Shown: positions 11,335 through 21,053 of the stretch, piece after piece
Position numbering within the stretch: the stretch's first letter is position 1
Layout: each line of letters opens with the position of its first letter
Source of the DNA: Pseudomonadota bacterium
GTDB lineage: Bacteria > Desulfobacterota > Desulfobacteria > Desulfobacterales > JBDRRP01
Direction of reading: 5' to 3'
Assembly (NCBI GenBank): GCA_043825735.1
Contig: JBDRRP010000039.1
Span: 1-54,139, forward strand
Length of the DNA: 54,139 bases
The notes under the pieces: generated by a model
What the model was told of the DNA's origin: nothing
Database searches by the model: none
The model's input: only the letters and a program-made list of their open reading frames with translations
Position numbers and translations under genes: made by a program

Positions 11335-11750
11335 GTGAGAGAAAACACGTTCGTCCCCGTTCCCAGAGCGTTGGTTCAAGTTAATATGGCAGCATTCTTT
11401 TTACAAGTCTCGCCTGGCAAACAGGTTTGTTTCGCTATTCTGAACTGGTGGCTTAACGTCCATCGACCGGATACCCGGTATCCATCGGTGCATGCAAAAA
11501 TGCGCTTAAAGGCAGGGGCCTCAACAGACTTTAAAAAAGGACGAAATCAGCCTCAAAAAATCTTTCAGGAAAAATCCATTTCTTGTTGATCGCACCGTTC
11601 GCAGTCCACAAAATTTTGATCTGGCACGGTCCGAAGTCAATTCTGGAAATTTCAGGATTGATTGAGACAAAAATAATAGCACGTCTAAGAACTGTAATTG
11701 TTATAAATATTACATTTCTACATTTTCTGGAGACCGCACATTAAATCCGA

Positions 11751-11766
11751 TGGCATGCCATATGCA
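11751..11766 (+). promoter_or_regulatory. Candidate sigma54 -24/-12 promoter
   Basis: TGGCATGCCATATGCA has GG-N10-GC spacing and lies about 80 bp upstream of the PilZ gene. Confidence 0.55.
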
Positions 11767-11844
11767 TCAAAAAAGCGCACGTTTCGGGCTGAACACTGAC
11801 GACCGCGCAGTCGGGCTGCGCGGTTCACATCGGAATCTGAGTAC

Positions 11845-12369
11845 ATGAGCGAAGCGCTAAACATTCAACGCCGAAAATGGAAACGATTTAAGATCAAGGG
11901 GGGAGCCATCGTCTTGCTGCACAAGCAGCGTGTTATCGACATTGGCAGCCCCAAGTTGATTGAACTGGGACCGATCATCGACATCAGTCTGGGGGGCCTG
12001 GCAGTACAGTACGTAGAAAACAAAAAACGCGCTATCACAGCCACGGAACTTTCCATTTCAGTTCCGTCTGAAGGCATCGCCCTCAGCGGTCTTGAGTTTC
12101 TTATGATCTCGGACAAGGCCATTGCCCAGTTACCCGACGGAAAACTGATCCGCAACCGCTGCGTGGAATTCGCCAATCTGGCTCCCCAAAAACGGTTTCA
12201 ATTGGAATCATTTATCAACCACTATTCCATGAATCTGAAACGCGATCGCCGGGCCGGAATTGACCGCCGGCAATATAACGATCCCAAATTTGCTGACGAA
12301 GATTACTACCGCATGTACAACCGGCGAACGAGCATTGATCGCCGGAAAATCCTGGTGTTTACCAAATAA
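11845..12369 (+). CDS. PilZ domain protein (c-di-GMP receptor-like)
   Basis: QRRKWKR (RxxxR) and DISLGG motifs, with a C-terminal DRR...DRR repeat tail. Confidence 0.8.
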   Translation: MSEALNIQRRKWKRFKIKGGAIVLLHKQRVIDIGSPKLIELGPIIDISLGGLAVQYVENKKRAITATELSISVPSEGIALSGLEFLMISDKAIAQLPDGKLIRNRCVEFANLAPQKRFQLESFINHYSMNLKRDRRAGIDRRQYNDPKFADEDYYRMYNRRTSIDRRKILVFTK

Positions 12370-12514
12370 TCGGTAACCGCCACGCCACCACCCCAGCGAC
12401 CCGCCGGCGGCAGGACCTGTCCTGTCGCCGGCGCGGTGTTTTCAGCACCCGCCTTCCCTAAGCCCGATACTACCCAATGCGGCCTGACGCATGACGGCAA
12501 CCTGCTGTATATCT

Positions 12515-12543
12515 TTGACTTCCCATGGTTTTTACACTATGGT
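12515..12543 (+). promoter_or_regulatory. sigma70-like promoter
   Basis: TTGACT-17-TATGGT. Confidence 0.45.
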
Positions 12544-12749
12544 GGCTTTGTTATAAACCGCTCAGCAGCGCTATTTTGAAAGTTTTATGGGGCCAGGCAC
12601 AGCGGCATGCACGGATCGCACGCCGGTGTTCGCGCCCATACACCCATGAGGGATCGGGACCTTGTTCACGCCAATCGGCCCTACGTCCCACGGCGTTAGC
12701 TGACCATCGACGCCATCCCCAGTCATATTCACTGAAAGGAATGCGAACC

Positions 12750-14570
12750 GTGGCACCCGTTGGCGGACAGGTACAAGGCATCAGTCTCGATTCGTTTCTT
12801 CAGATGGTTCAGATGGAAAAGACGACGTGCACGCTGAGAGTGCTCAGTGAAGAGGACGTCGGTTTCATTTACATTTTAAAGGGTGTTCTGATTGCTGCCG
12901 AAGTGGGGGCCTTGTCAGGGATAGATGCCGCTCATGAAATCATTTCCTGGGAAAACTCAGTTATCGAAATCGATAAGGCCTGTGACCGCACCGAGGACCA
13001 AATTAAACAGCCGCTCATGACCATCCTCATGGAAGGTCTTCGGCTCCGAGATGATCGCCAGGCCTCTGGTGGTGCGCTCAGAATGATGGACACACAGTCC
13101 ATGGCGACACCGCCGGCCTCGCCTCGTCCCACAGTCCCCCAACCGCCGGCACCGGCTGATGCGACGTCTCCCGTCCCCGCCCCCGCTGCCGAGGTGACTC
13201 ACGTAACGGCATCAGAAAAGCCAGGATTTGAATTCCCTCAACGAAAGAAAAAAAAGAAGATTTCGCTGCTCAGGATCTTGCTCATCCTTATCATAGTGGT
13301 CGCTGCCGGAGCCGGGGCATATCTCTCCGTGGGGGTTTCGGGGGCCGAGAAAAAATATCGGGCGCTACAGTCGCAATTGCTCGAGACCCCCACGCTCATG
13401 GAAAAGGTAAATCTCCTGGAAGCGTTCATTGAAACAGGGCCGACGGGAGAGCACGCAGCGTCAGCCAACCGCCTTCTCTTATCATTCAAAGGCGCCATGG
13501 ATGCAGAAATTTTTGCTGCCGCTATCGAAAAAGCCTCGGCATTGGCAAACAAGGGAGACCTGAAGGCGGCATACGAGGTTTTCTCGCAGTATCTTGAAGC
13601 AAATCCGAAATCATCGGTCCGAAGCCACGCTGAAAAGGAAATGGCGGCGCTGGCATCTCAGATGGCCGACATTGCCTTTAATGAGCTCACGAAGAAAACC
13701 CAGTCATTGGGGCCAGAACGGTTGAACCTATATGACGACTTTCTGACCAGTTACCCGAGCAGTGCGCATGAAGATGCCGTGCGGGCCCTCATCGCCGAGA
13801 TGGCAACCGAGTATTACGGATATTTTGAAACACAAGTGGCCATTGCCACCCACGAAGAAAACTGGCAACACTGCAACAGCCTCGTGAGCCAGTTCACCCG
13901 ACTGTATCCTGATCATCCCCGGACACCGGTGCTGTCAAAGCTGATCCCAATATTTGAAAAAAACCAGCGGCAGAAAACAGACTTTGAGCAATTGCTGGTC
14001 ACAGCACGGGAAAAAGGCACCGATTATATCGCCGCCGGTGCAGTGCTGACCAAATACCTGTCTGCTTACCCGGACTCTTACCTGCGCGACCGAATCAAAG
14101 CTCAAATCGAGCGCTATCAACGATTATCCGAAGAAGCCAGAATCGACGATTTGAGAAAAACAACCGCAGAAACCGTCAACGCCGCAGGCAAGCGGTTCAA
14201 AGCCGACACCATCGGTACCATCCTGGATACCCGGACCGGTCTCATGTGGACCCTTTTGGACTCCCAAGCACTCCTGCAAGACTGCATCGATTACACCGGG
14301 GCCCTGACATTTGTCGCCGGCCTGAAGACCGGCGGCCACAATGATTGGCGTCTGCCCTCGCCGGAAGAACTGGAAGGCATCACCAAGGAGACGCCTTCCC
14401 TGCCATCCACCGGAGATGCCTGGTACTGGAGCGACAAGAATTACAGACGATTTGTGGGGGAATGGATTTTCAGGGTTACCGTCGTGAGTACAGATCCACT
14501 CCGCGGCCCCCTCCCCCTGCAAAAAGACAGCAAAGATTGCGGGAATGTCAGAGCAGTTCGCCGTCCATGA
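12750..14570 (+). CDS. DUF4388 + TM + TPR/BamD-like repeats + DUF1566 (Lcl C-terminal) protein
   Basis: GISLDSFLQMVQMEKTTCTL (DUF4388), one TM helix, repeated YL..YP.S helices, DTRTGLMW...DWRLPSPEEL...YWS...VRAVR. GTG start chosen from an AAGGA RBS. Confidence 0.8.
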   Translation: MAPVGGQVQGISLDSFLQMVQMEKTTCTLRVLSEEDVGFIYILKGVLIAAEVGALSGIDAAHEIISWENSVIEIDKACDRTEDQIKQPLMTILMEGLRLRDDRQASGGALRMMDTQSMATPPASPRPTVPQPPAPADATSPVPAPAAEVTHVTASEKPGFEFPQRKKKKKISLLRILLILIIVVAAGAGAYLSVGVSGAEKKYRALQSQLLETPTLMEKVNLLEAFIETGPTGEHAASANRLLLSFKGAMDAEIFAAAIEKASALANKGDLKAAYEVFSQYLEANPKSSVRSHAEKEMAALASQMADIAFNELTKKTQSLGPERLNLYDDFLTSYPSSAHEDAVRALIAEMATEYYGYFETQVAIATHEENWQHCNSLVSQFTRLYPDHPRTPVLSKLIPIFEKNQRQKTDFEQLLVTAREKGTDYIAAGAVLTKYLSAYPDSYLRDRIKAQIERYQRLSEEARIDDLRKTTAETVNAAGKRFKADTIGTILDTRTGLMWTLLDSQALLQDCIDYTGALTFVAGLKTGGHNDWRLPSPEELEGITKETPSLPSTGDAWYWSDKNYRRFVGEWIFRVTVVSTDPLRGPLPLQKDSKDCGNVRAVRRP

Positions 14571-14605
14571 CACCGAGGATTGACGGCATTCGGCCGTGAA
14601 AAAAC

Positions 14606-14911
14606 TCAGTCGGTATCCTCATCGGTAGACGCGCCGGTACGGTTCTCGCCATCACCGTCACCGTCCTCTTCGTCTTCGTCGATAACGTCATCCACAAGGC
14701 GACGTCTGAAAATATTGCATTCCGTTTCAAACTGTTTCTTGTAAAGCGCTATCCGGTGGGCGGCAAGTTTCTCCCCCCCGAGTTTCAAGTATATCAGGGC
14801 CGTTTCCATCACCGCCGGGTTGGCTTGTTGGTCTGCCGACATCCGGCGACGCAAGCGCCGGAATGCCGCCTGATACGCTTCCGGGACATCAAAAGCATCT
14901 ATCATATCCAT
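14606..14911 (-). CDS. Hypothetical protein with acidic C-terminus
   Basis: 101-aa ORF with an AAGGA RBS and no competing long ORF. Confidence 0.6.
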   Translation of the reverse strand: MDMIDAFDVPEAYQAAFRRLRRRMSADQQANPAVMETALIYLKLGGEKLAAHRIALYKKQFETECNIFRRRLVDDVIDEDEEDGDGDGENRTGASTDEDTD

Positions 14912-15246
14912 ATTCCTTTAAGGCTGTTGCCCATACCGAGATAATGTATCACCGATCGAGCCATTGCAAAGTGGGCCGGATCCATTCATGGTAGCATCAT
15001 CGGCTCCCTATACACATCGGCGCAGGGAGATTCAAGTCCTATCCCGTGAGAGTTGCCCCGATGCCTGCATTAACGATGTCAGCATGCCAACCGCGGCTCT
15101 CGGCAAAGCCCCGGCTGCGTCTGATGGCGGCACCGTTTCATCGCCACGCCAGGTCCTGGGAAGGCAGCCGGTCATTGATTAAATCCGGAGGATACCGTAT
15201 ATCACGCGGTCATTGTAATTCTTCTTCTGAACTGTGATGTTTCCTT

Positions 15247-15630
15247 ATGATTTTATCTTATTTAACACACCCGGTCGTTCTTGCGGCCCTCATCAGCTTT
15301 CTTGCCGGATCTTTCGGTTACGTTATCACCATTCTGGTCTTACGGCCCCTGCTCTCGTACCACCTGCTGCGCCGGGATATCCAAACAGCGCTGGGCGCCG
15401 TGGCCGCGGCACCCGATGCCTGCGTTTCGCCGGAGCTCAACGGTCTTGCCGTAAGGTTGACGTCAATCTACCAGTCAAACCTGCCGCAGTGGTATAAGCT
15501 AGCCCTGTCCAACCGGGGGGAGCAACCACTGGAGGCTGCCCGGGATCTCACAAGACTCGCCAAAACCCGCGACAAACAACAGGTGATTCAGCGTATTGCC
15601 GCCATTCGATCGTCGCTTCACCTGAAATAG
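15247..15630 (+). CDS. Hypothetical membrane protein
   Basis: N-terminal hydrophobic helix; ends 8 nt before hisE. Confidence 0.65.
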   Translation: MILSYLTHPVVLAALISFLAGSFGYVITILVLRPLLSYHLLRRDIQTALGAVAAAPDACVSPELNGLAVRLTSIYQSNLPQWYKLALSNRGEQPLEAARDLTRLAKTRDKQQVIQRIAAIRSSLHLK

Positions 15631-15638
15631 AGGATTCC

Positions 15639-15902
15639 ATGAAAACATTCGACGAACTTTTTGAAGAGTTGAAGGGTAAAGTCGCAGTCAAAGACCCACG
15701 GTCGGGGACTGTCCGATTGGTTGACGCCGGCGTCCATACCATCGGAAAGAAAATTCTTGAAGAAGCTGGCGAAGTGTGGCTGGCGGCAGAGCACGAAAGC
15801 GATGAGCGCACAGCGGAGGAGATCTCCCAGTTGCTTTACCACGTGCAGGTGATGATGGTGGCCCGCGGACTTACACTGGAACAGATCTACCGGTATCTAT
15901 AA
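15639..15902 (+). CDS. hisE: Phosphoribosyl-ATP diphosphatase (monofunctional)
   Basis: [20 protein letters not shown]...[19 protein letters not shown], adjacent to hisG. Confidence 0.93.
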   Translation: MKTFDELFEELKGKVAVKDPRSGTVRLVDAGVHTIGKKILEEAGEVWLAAEHESDERTAEEISQLLYHVQVMMVARGLTLEQIYRYL

Positions 15903-16001
15903 ACAACTGGGGGGCATCTCCCAAAGAGTTGGTCGATGGATAGGGGCCAAGGGTCCGAGGGTTGCGCCTATATGGGAGAAGACCCACAACAGGAAATTAA
16001 G

Positions 16002-16850
16002 ATGCTCCAAATCGCCCTTCCCAACAAAGGAACGCTTTCCGAGGAATCGGTCCAATTGGCTCAGGAGGCCGGCTACCGTTGTCGCCGTTACAGCCGGGAA
16101 CTGATCGTGCGCGACAGTGCCCATGCCATCGAGTTTATCTTCCTGCGCCCCCGGGACATAGCCATCTATGTCGGTCAAGGCATTATCGATCTGGGCATTA
16201 CCGGAAGGGATCTGGCCACCGACAGCGGCGCTGCGGTGGTGGAACTGCTGCCGCTGCGATTCGGCCGCGCGAGTTTCTATTACGCCGTCCCCGAGGCCAG
16301 TGCGATCACGCCGGCCTCGCTGGATGGCCTCCGGATCGCCACCTCATACCCACACATCGTGGCCGGGGATCTAAACCGCCGCCGGAAACACGCGGATATC
16401 ATCCGCCTGGACGGCGCCGTGGAAATATCCATCCAACTGGGTGTGGCCGACGTGATCGCCGACGTGGTGGAATCCGGTCGGACGCTCGCTGAGGCAGGGT
16501 TAAAAACCATTGGCGATCCCATTCTGCAATCAGAGGCCACACTGATCGCCAAAGATCGCGCCATTACGATGCGGCCAACGGTGAAGGCCTTCATTGACCG
16601 GCTTCAGGGCATTGTGGTCGCCCGGGAGTATGTCATGGTGGAATACGATGCCCCCCAGCACCTGCTGGAGGTCGCCTGCGTGGTAACGCCGGGCATTGAA
16701 GCGCCCACCGTGTCTCCCTTGAGCCGTGAAGGGTGGGTGGCGGTAAAATCCATGGCCCTGAAAAAGGATATCAACGGCATCATGGACAAACTCCATACCC
16801 TTGGCGCCAAAGGGATCATTATCACCGACATCCGCACCTGCCGCATTTGA
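16002..16850 (+). CDS. hisG: ATP phosphoribosyltransferase, long form
   Basis: IALPNKG, LRPRDIAIYV, LGITGRD, IATSYP, LDGAVEI, DVVESGRTL, C-terminal regulatory domain (PGIEAPTVSPL). Confidence 0.95.
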   Translation: MLQIALPNKGTLSEESVQLAQEAGYRCRRYSRELIVRDSAHAIEFIFLRPRDIAIYVGQGIIDLGITGRDLATDSGAAVVELLPLRFGRASFYYAVPEASAITPASLDGLRIATSYPHIVAGDLNRRRKHADIIRLDGAVEISIQLGVADVIADVVESGRTLAEAGLKTIGDPILQSEATLIAKDRAITMRPTVKAFIDRLQGIVVAREYVMVEYDAPQHLLEVACVVTPGIEAPTVSPLSREGWVAVKSMALKKDINGIMDKLHTLGAKGIIITDIRTCRI

Positions 16851-16910
16851 TCATGACCCGGACGCATCGCCGCTCGAAGCGCTGCTGCCACCCGTCCCGC
16901 CGGCACTGGC

Positions 16911-18389
16911 TCACCGATCCGGACTGTCGCCGGCAGTGTCAGCGCCATTATCGCCCCCTTCCCGGGGCGCAACCGTAAACTGGATTTCCACACGATCCGG
17001 CGCCCCCGGAGCCACCCTCACGGATGCCGGATACGGCACGAGTTTGGCGATAACGGTGCCAGAGGGATCCAGCCGATCCAGGATGATTTTTTCCGTATAG
17101 AGCGTCTGCACCTGCTGCAGCAGTTGGTAGCCCCCCTTGACCCGCGATGTGGGCGGCGCGACGGTGGCCCCGGTAATCATGACATCCGGCGGCAGCGTTC
17201 CGCCCCAGTCGATCTGGATGGGCAATTCCTTTTCCACCGGCTGATCGATGGTCACCTCCACAACATCCGGCTGCACGTGCTTCAAAACCACCCCCGGCGG
17301 CAGGCTGATATTGTCCGAGGTAACCGATATGGCATTGACCCCCGCAGAGGCACCCCCCAGATCCAGCCGGACCTTCACCTGATCGGGATGCAGATTGCGC
17401 AGCAGCGGGCCGCTACCGCCGAGACTCAGGCTCACGGTGTTGATGGACGCTTTGATGATTTCCACGTCAGGGTTTCTTTTAATGTATTCGATCGGCGCAT
17501 CAACGGTGACGATGGACTCCAACCCCCGCGAAAAAGTGAACCAAACCATAGCCACCACCACGATCGAAAAAACGGCTGAAAAACCCATTCGGATTGTCTC
17601 GGCCGTCTCCCTTTGACCGCTGGTCGCCGCGCCTATACCGTGCGCCATGAGCAGTTGGGAAAGTACGGTCCGGTCCGGTGCTTCGTAAATTTGTCCGCCG
17701 ACGGCCACACCCACTTCGCCGCGTTCTTCGCTCACCACGATGACCAGGGCGTCGGTCATCTCTGAAAGACCGATGGCGGCTCGGTGACGAGTGCCGTATT
17801 CCTGAGGCATATCGTTATCCTGAGACAGCGGCAGGATCACACCGGCACGCTCAATGCGATCACCATTGATGATAACGGCCCCATCGTGAAGCGGTGCGCC
17901 GGTCCAAAAAAGGCTGGCCAGCAATTCACTGGACAACTGCGCGCCGAGCGTCACCCCGCCTTGGGCCACGTCATCGAGGGATTCCTTGACCTGAAGCACC
18001 ATCAACGCACCGATGCTCTGGCGTGCCAGCGAAAAAACGGCGTCAACGATGTCTTCGGTGGGAGCGCTGGCCAATCGGAAGGGTGTTCCCCAAAGGATGG
18101 CGCGCAGATTCTGCGCCTGAAGGACGCTTCGGATTTCGTTCCGAAACACGACGATAATGATCAGGGCGGCAACGGCAATAATGCCCTGCAACACCCAACT
18201 GGTGACGATCAGTCCGAGCCATACCGCCACCTGCTGGAGAATCCACAGGAGCACGATACCGGTGATGATGCGAAAGACGTTGGTCCCCCGAAACAGGGCG
18301 TAGAGACGGAAAAGGATATAGCTGTTAAGAGCGATATCGGCGATATCCTGCCAGCGGAAGCCCTTGAAAATGGTAGATAGGATATCCAT
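16911..18389 (-). CDS. Diadenylate cyclase CdaA fused to YbbR (CdaR-like) domains
   Basis: Three N-terminal TMs, PLHDGAVII and GTRHRAAIGLSE catalytic motifs, VSEERG, then a TM and beta-rich YbbR-like repeats. Confidence 0.88.
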   Translation of the reverse strand: MDILSTIFKGFRWQDIADIALNSYILFRLYALFRGTNVFRIITGIVLLWILQQVAVWLGLIVTSWVLQGIIAVAALIIIVVFRNEIRSVLQAQNLRAILWGTPFRLASAPTEDIVDAVFSLARQSIGALMVLQVKESLDDVAQGGVTLGAQLSSELLASLFWTGAPLHDGAVIINGDRIERAGVILPLSQDNDMPQEYGTRHRAAIGLSEMTDALVIVVSEERGEVGVAVGGQIYEAPDRTVLSQLLMAHGIGAATSGQRETAETIRMGFSAVFSIVVVAMVWFTFSRGLESIVTVDAPIEYIKRNPDVEIIKASINTVSLSLGGSGPLLRNLHPDQVKVRLDLGGASAGVNAISVTSDNISLPPGVVLKHVQPDVVEVTIDQPVEKELPIQIDWGGTLPPDVMITGATVAPPTSRVKGGYQLLQQVQTLYTEKIILDRLDPSGTVIAKLVPYPASVRVAPGAPDRVEIQFTVAPREGGDNGADTAGDSPDR

Positions 18390-18393
18390 AGCG

Positions 18394-18843
18394 CTATTGA
18401 ACGATGCTGAACCGCAGGGAGCGGATCACATTGCCTTCAGGGTCGATGACGTCCACGCGCCAAGGGCCGACATCGGCCTGGCGCGGCTGAATGCTGGAAT
18501 AAGTCGCCCATTTGGGGGGCCGCAAATGGAGCCGCTTTGTAGTGATCAGTTGATCGCGAAAATACCACTGATGCTGAATCATGGTTTTTCGAGGTACCGG
18601 ATCAAAGGCCGTAAAGCACGACACCCTTCCGATGGTCACCGAGAAAACAACTGCCGATGCTTTAGGCATATATGACTCAATACCTTCGCACATGGTCGCT
18701 TGTTCAATGGTCAACGCTTTTTTCTCTGCGCCGAGGGGCGGTCTATCTTTGTCAGCGGCAACGGCCGAGTGGCCAATGACGCTCATAAAAAACGTCAGGC
18801 ACACGGTTGCTGCAACTATGCCGGCAATCTCATTTCTTCTCAT
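18394..18843 (-). CDS. DUF2914 domain secreted protein
   Basis: Signal peptide; VSCFT...IQHQWY...WATYSS...GPWRVDVID. Confidence 0.75.
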   Translation of the reverse strand: MRRNEIAGIVAATVCLTFFMSVIGHSAVAADKDRPPLGAEKKALTIEQATMCEGIESYMPKASAVVFSVTIGRVSCFTAFDPVPRKTMIQHQWYFRDQLITTKRLHLRPPKWATYSSIQPRQADVGPWRVDVIDPEGNVIRSLRFSIVQ

Positions 18844-19000
18844 GGGGAACGCTTTCTTTGCCGATGGCTGAGGGACTGTTTCTAAAGGAGGTTACGCTAT
18901 TTTTTGAAAGATTCAATAGATTTCCTCTCTTCAGGCGCTGTTCATAGTGGCTTCGAGCAACACGGCAGCAGTCCTTGGCCGGCCTGTTCCGTCAGTGCCC

Positions 19001-19029
19001 TTGACATATCCATTAGTTTTTTCTATTAT
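19001..19029 (+). promoter_or_regulatory. sigma70 promoter
   Basis: TTGACA-17-TATTAT. Confidence 0.65.
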
Positions 19030-19214
19030 TTGACAGCATCGCAGCCCTTCCTGATAGTGTGCTGATTCCCCCATCACCGCTGGCACGCCATGGCGTGCAC
19101 CCTGCAGATGCCGAGCCTTGTGGCTCGTCTGTCTAGAATTTATTTTGTTGCCCCCGGAGCTTTTCCGGCACTGTGTTCACCCTTCAATCAATGATGAAGA
19201 AAAGGCTGAGGCCC

Positions 19215-19658
19215 ATGCGACATAAGTTCATTATCCGGATCACCGAGAATATGACAGATTTGTTCATCAGCGAGCAGGCCGAGGTAGACAAGGGTCTGTT
19301 TTCAGCGCTTTGCGAAGAAAAATTCGCTCTGGACACCCTTAAAACCGCCGCCGCCGAAGGGGACGCCGCACTGATGGGCGCCCTGCGTTCGGTCAATTTC
19401 TATCCACCTTTGGAGTATGCAAACCAGATCGCCGTGGTCGTCCAGGAAATGCTCAGCGGGCGCGCCCCTGAAAGGCGTGAACTGCTCATCGACGATCGAC
19501 AGGTCATGGCGGCCGAGGAGGCTGAACTTGAGGCACTGGCGGTGGAAGAAGCGCTGCCCCCCGACACCGAAGACCTGGACGATCTGCTGGAAGACGATGC
19601 GTCGCCTGCCATAGACCCGTTGAAGGATGACGTCGACGACGATGCGGAAAGCAACTAG
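19215..19658 (+). CDS. Hypothetical acidic protein
   Basis: ORF with GAGG before the ATG and a very acidic C-terminus; start uncertain. Confidence 0.65.
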   Translation: MRHKFIIRITENMTDLFISEQAEVDKGLFSALCEEKFALDTLKTAAAEGDAALMGALRSVNFYPPLEYANQIAVVVQEMLSGRAPERRELLIDDRQVMAAEEAELEALAVEEALPPDTEDLDDLLEDDASPAIDPLKDDVDDDAESN

Positions 19659-20130
19659 ACCCGCTCACCCACCACAAAAGCCAAAAAAAAGGAATAATAC
19701 CATTTCTGTCAAGATACCAGAAAAACTGTTTTTCGATATTGTCGATCTGCTGCGCGAGCCAAAAATGCTGACCCCCCTTGCAGAGGAATGCGTACTGTTG
19801 CTCGATGACCGAAATACCGTGTTGAACAAACTGCTCACCATTCGCCGGCAGTTGGTCAGAAACGCCGGACGGTCCTTGATCTCACCGCCGCCCCCCCCCC
19901 CCGCTGAGCGTCCCCATCACGACCGCAACGAGATGACTGCGGATGGATCGCCGAAGGTCTTCGCGTCGGCTGATCGGGAGCCGTCGCCGAGCCGGCGTGC
20001 GGCACTGCGACCAGACGGAAACGCTCTCTTGGCGCGACACCGCATTCAGAACTTGACGTCAACGTTAAAAAGCTTGACACCCTCCCCATCCCCGGCTATG
20101 GTCCGGTACTTCGATAACCTACTGATATAA
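19627..20130 (+). CDS. Hypothetical protein containing a C12 tract; start and end uncertain
   Basis: Protein-like core (IPEKLFFDIVDLLREPKML...), low-complexity tail after the poly-C. Confidence 0.4.
   Translation: MTSTTMRKATRPAHPPQKPKKRNNTISVKIPEKLFFDIVDLLREPKMLTPLAEECVLLLDDRNTVLNKLLTIRRQLVRNAGRSLISPPPPPPAERPHHDRNEMTADGSPKVFASADREPSPSRRAALRPDGNALLARHRIQNLTSTLKSLTPSPSPAMVRYFDNLLI
20074..20102 (+). promoter_or_regulatory. sigma70-like promoter for the DegV gene
   Basis: TTGACA-17-TATGGT. Confidence 0.55.
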
Positions 20131-20183
20131 AAGTTCATGCATTCACTTGCTGAACAGCGTTCATGCAGAAAGGGGCACACCAG

Positions 20184-21053
20184 ATGGGCAAAAAAATCGG
20201 ATTCGTCTGTGACAGCACTGCGGATTTCCCACCGGGAATGATCAAAGACCTCAAACTTCACATCCTTCCGGTTCATATTATTGTGGACGATAAAGATTAC
20301 CTTCATGGTGTCTCCATCGACAATCGGGAGGTCATCACCCGATTGAAGCAAAAACGGGATGTCCATACCAAGCCGTTTTATCCCGTAGAATGCGCCGATT
20401 TTTTTGAAGACCTACTGCAGCACTATGACCATATCGTCAGCTTCCATATTTCACACCACCTCTCCGGCAACTACCGAAGCGCCATGAATGCACTGGACCT
20501 GATGTTCAAAGAAGACGCCAAACGCGTCACCGTAATGGATTTGGGCAGTGTCAGCGTCAGTCTCGGTCTTGTGGTCAAGGCAGCGGTGGCGTTGATGGCC
20601 GAAGACGACGATGTCAGCACCCTTGCCGAACGGTTGAAGCCATGCATTGACAACACGTTCATGGGCTTTACCGTAGAAAACCTCACCTGGCTGAAAAAAG
20701 GCGGCCGTGTCGGGGCGTTTGCAGCATTCGTGGGAGGCATGCTCGACATCAAACCCATTATTCATCTGAACGAGGCAAAGCTAATCCCAATGGAGAAGCA
20801 CCGTGGGAAAAAGCCGGCGCTCAAGCGTCTGGTCTCGATGGCCGCGGATCGATGCCTCGAGTTAAAAGGCAAATGCGATATCTGGCTGGCCTATGCCGAC
20901 AACCTCAGCGAAGTCATGCTCACCCGTGAGAAACTCGCGGCCGCAGTGGGCCGGAATGTGGACGCCATTAAAATGGTGGAAGTCGGTGCCACCATTGCCG
21001 TGCATACCGGGCCGGGCAGCGTGTGTATCGCCATGACCCCCAGCGGCGGATGA
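20184..21053 (+). CDS. DegV family fatty-acid-binding protein
   Basis: VCDSTAD, HISHHLSGNY, LKKGGRVG, LDIKPII, GATIAVHTGPG. Confidence 0.92.
   Translation: MGKKIGFVCDSTADFPPGMIKDLKLHILPVHIIVDDKDYLHGVSIDNREVITRLKQKRDVHTKPFYPVECADFFEDLLQHYDHIVSFHISHHLSGNYRSAMNALDLMFKEDAKRVTVMDLGSVSVSLGLVVKAAVALMAEDDDVSTLAERLKPCIDNTFMGFTVENLTWLKKGGRVGAFAAFVGGMLDIKPIIHLNEAKLIPMEKHRGKKPALKRLVSMAADRCLELKGKCDIWLAYADNLSEVMLTREKLAAAVGRNVDAIKMVEVGATIAVHTGPGSVCIAMTPSGG

Noticed and set aside
11622..11640. TGGCAC as a sigma54 site
   Set aside because: No GC at the -12 position
12525..12749. N-terminal extension of the DUF4388 ORF, and track-called extensions of gltD, aceA, hisG, murJ, GDPD, MFS and STAS
   Set aside because: Downstream starts fit the family N-termini or RBS positions better
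15020..15050. tRNA-like T-loop TTCAAGTCC
   Set aside because: No cloverleaf or acceptor stem can be built around it
15095..15140. c-di-GMP-I riboswitch (GCAAAGCC)
   Set aside because: It lacks the upstream GCAAACC/GAAA-tetraloop stem
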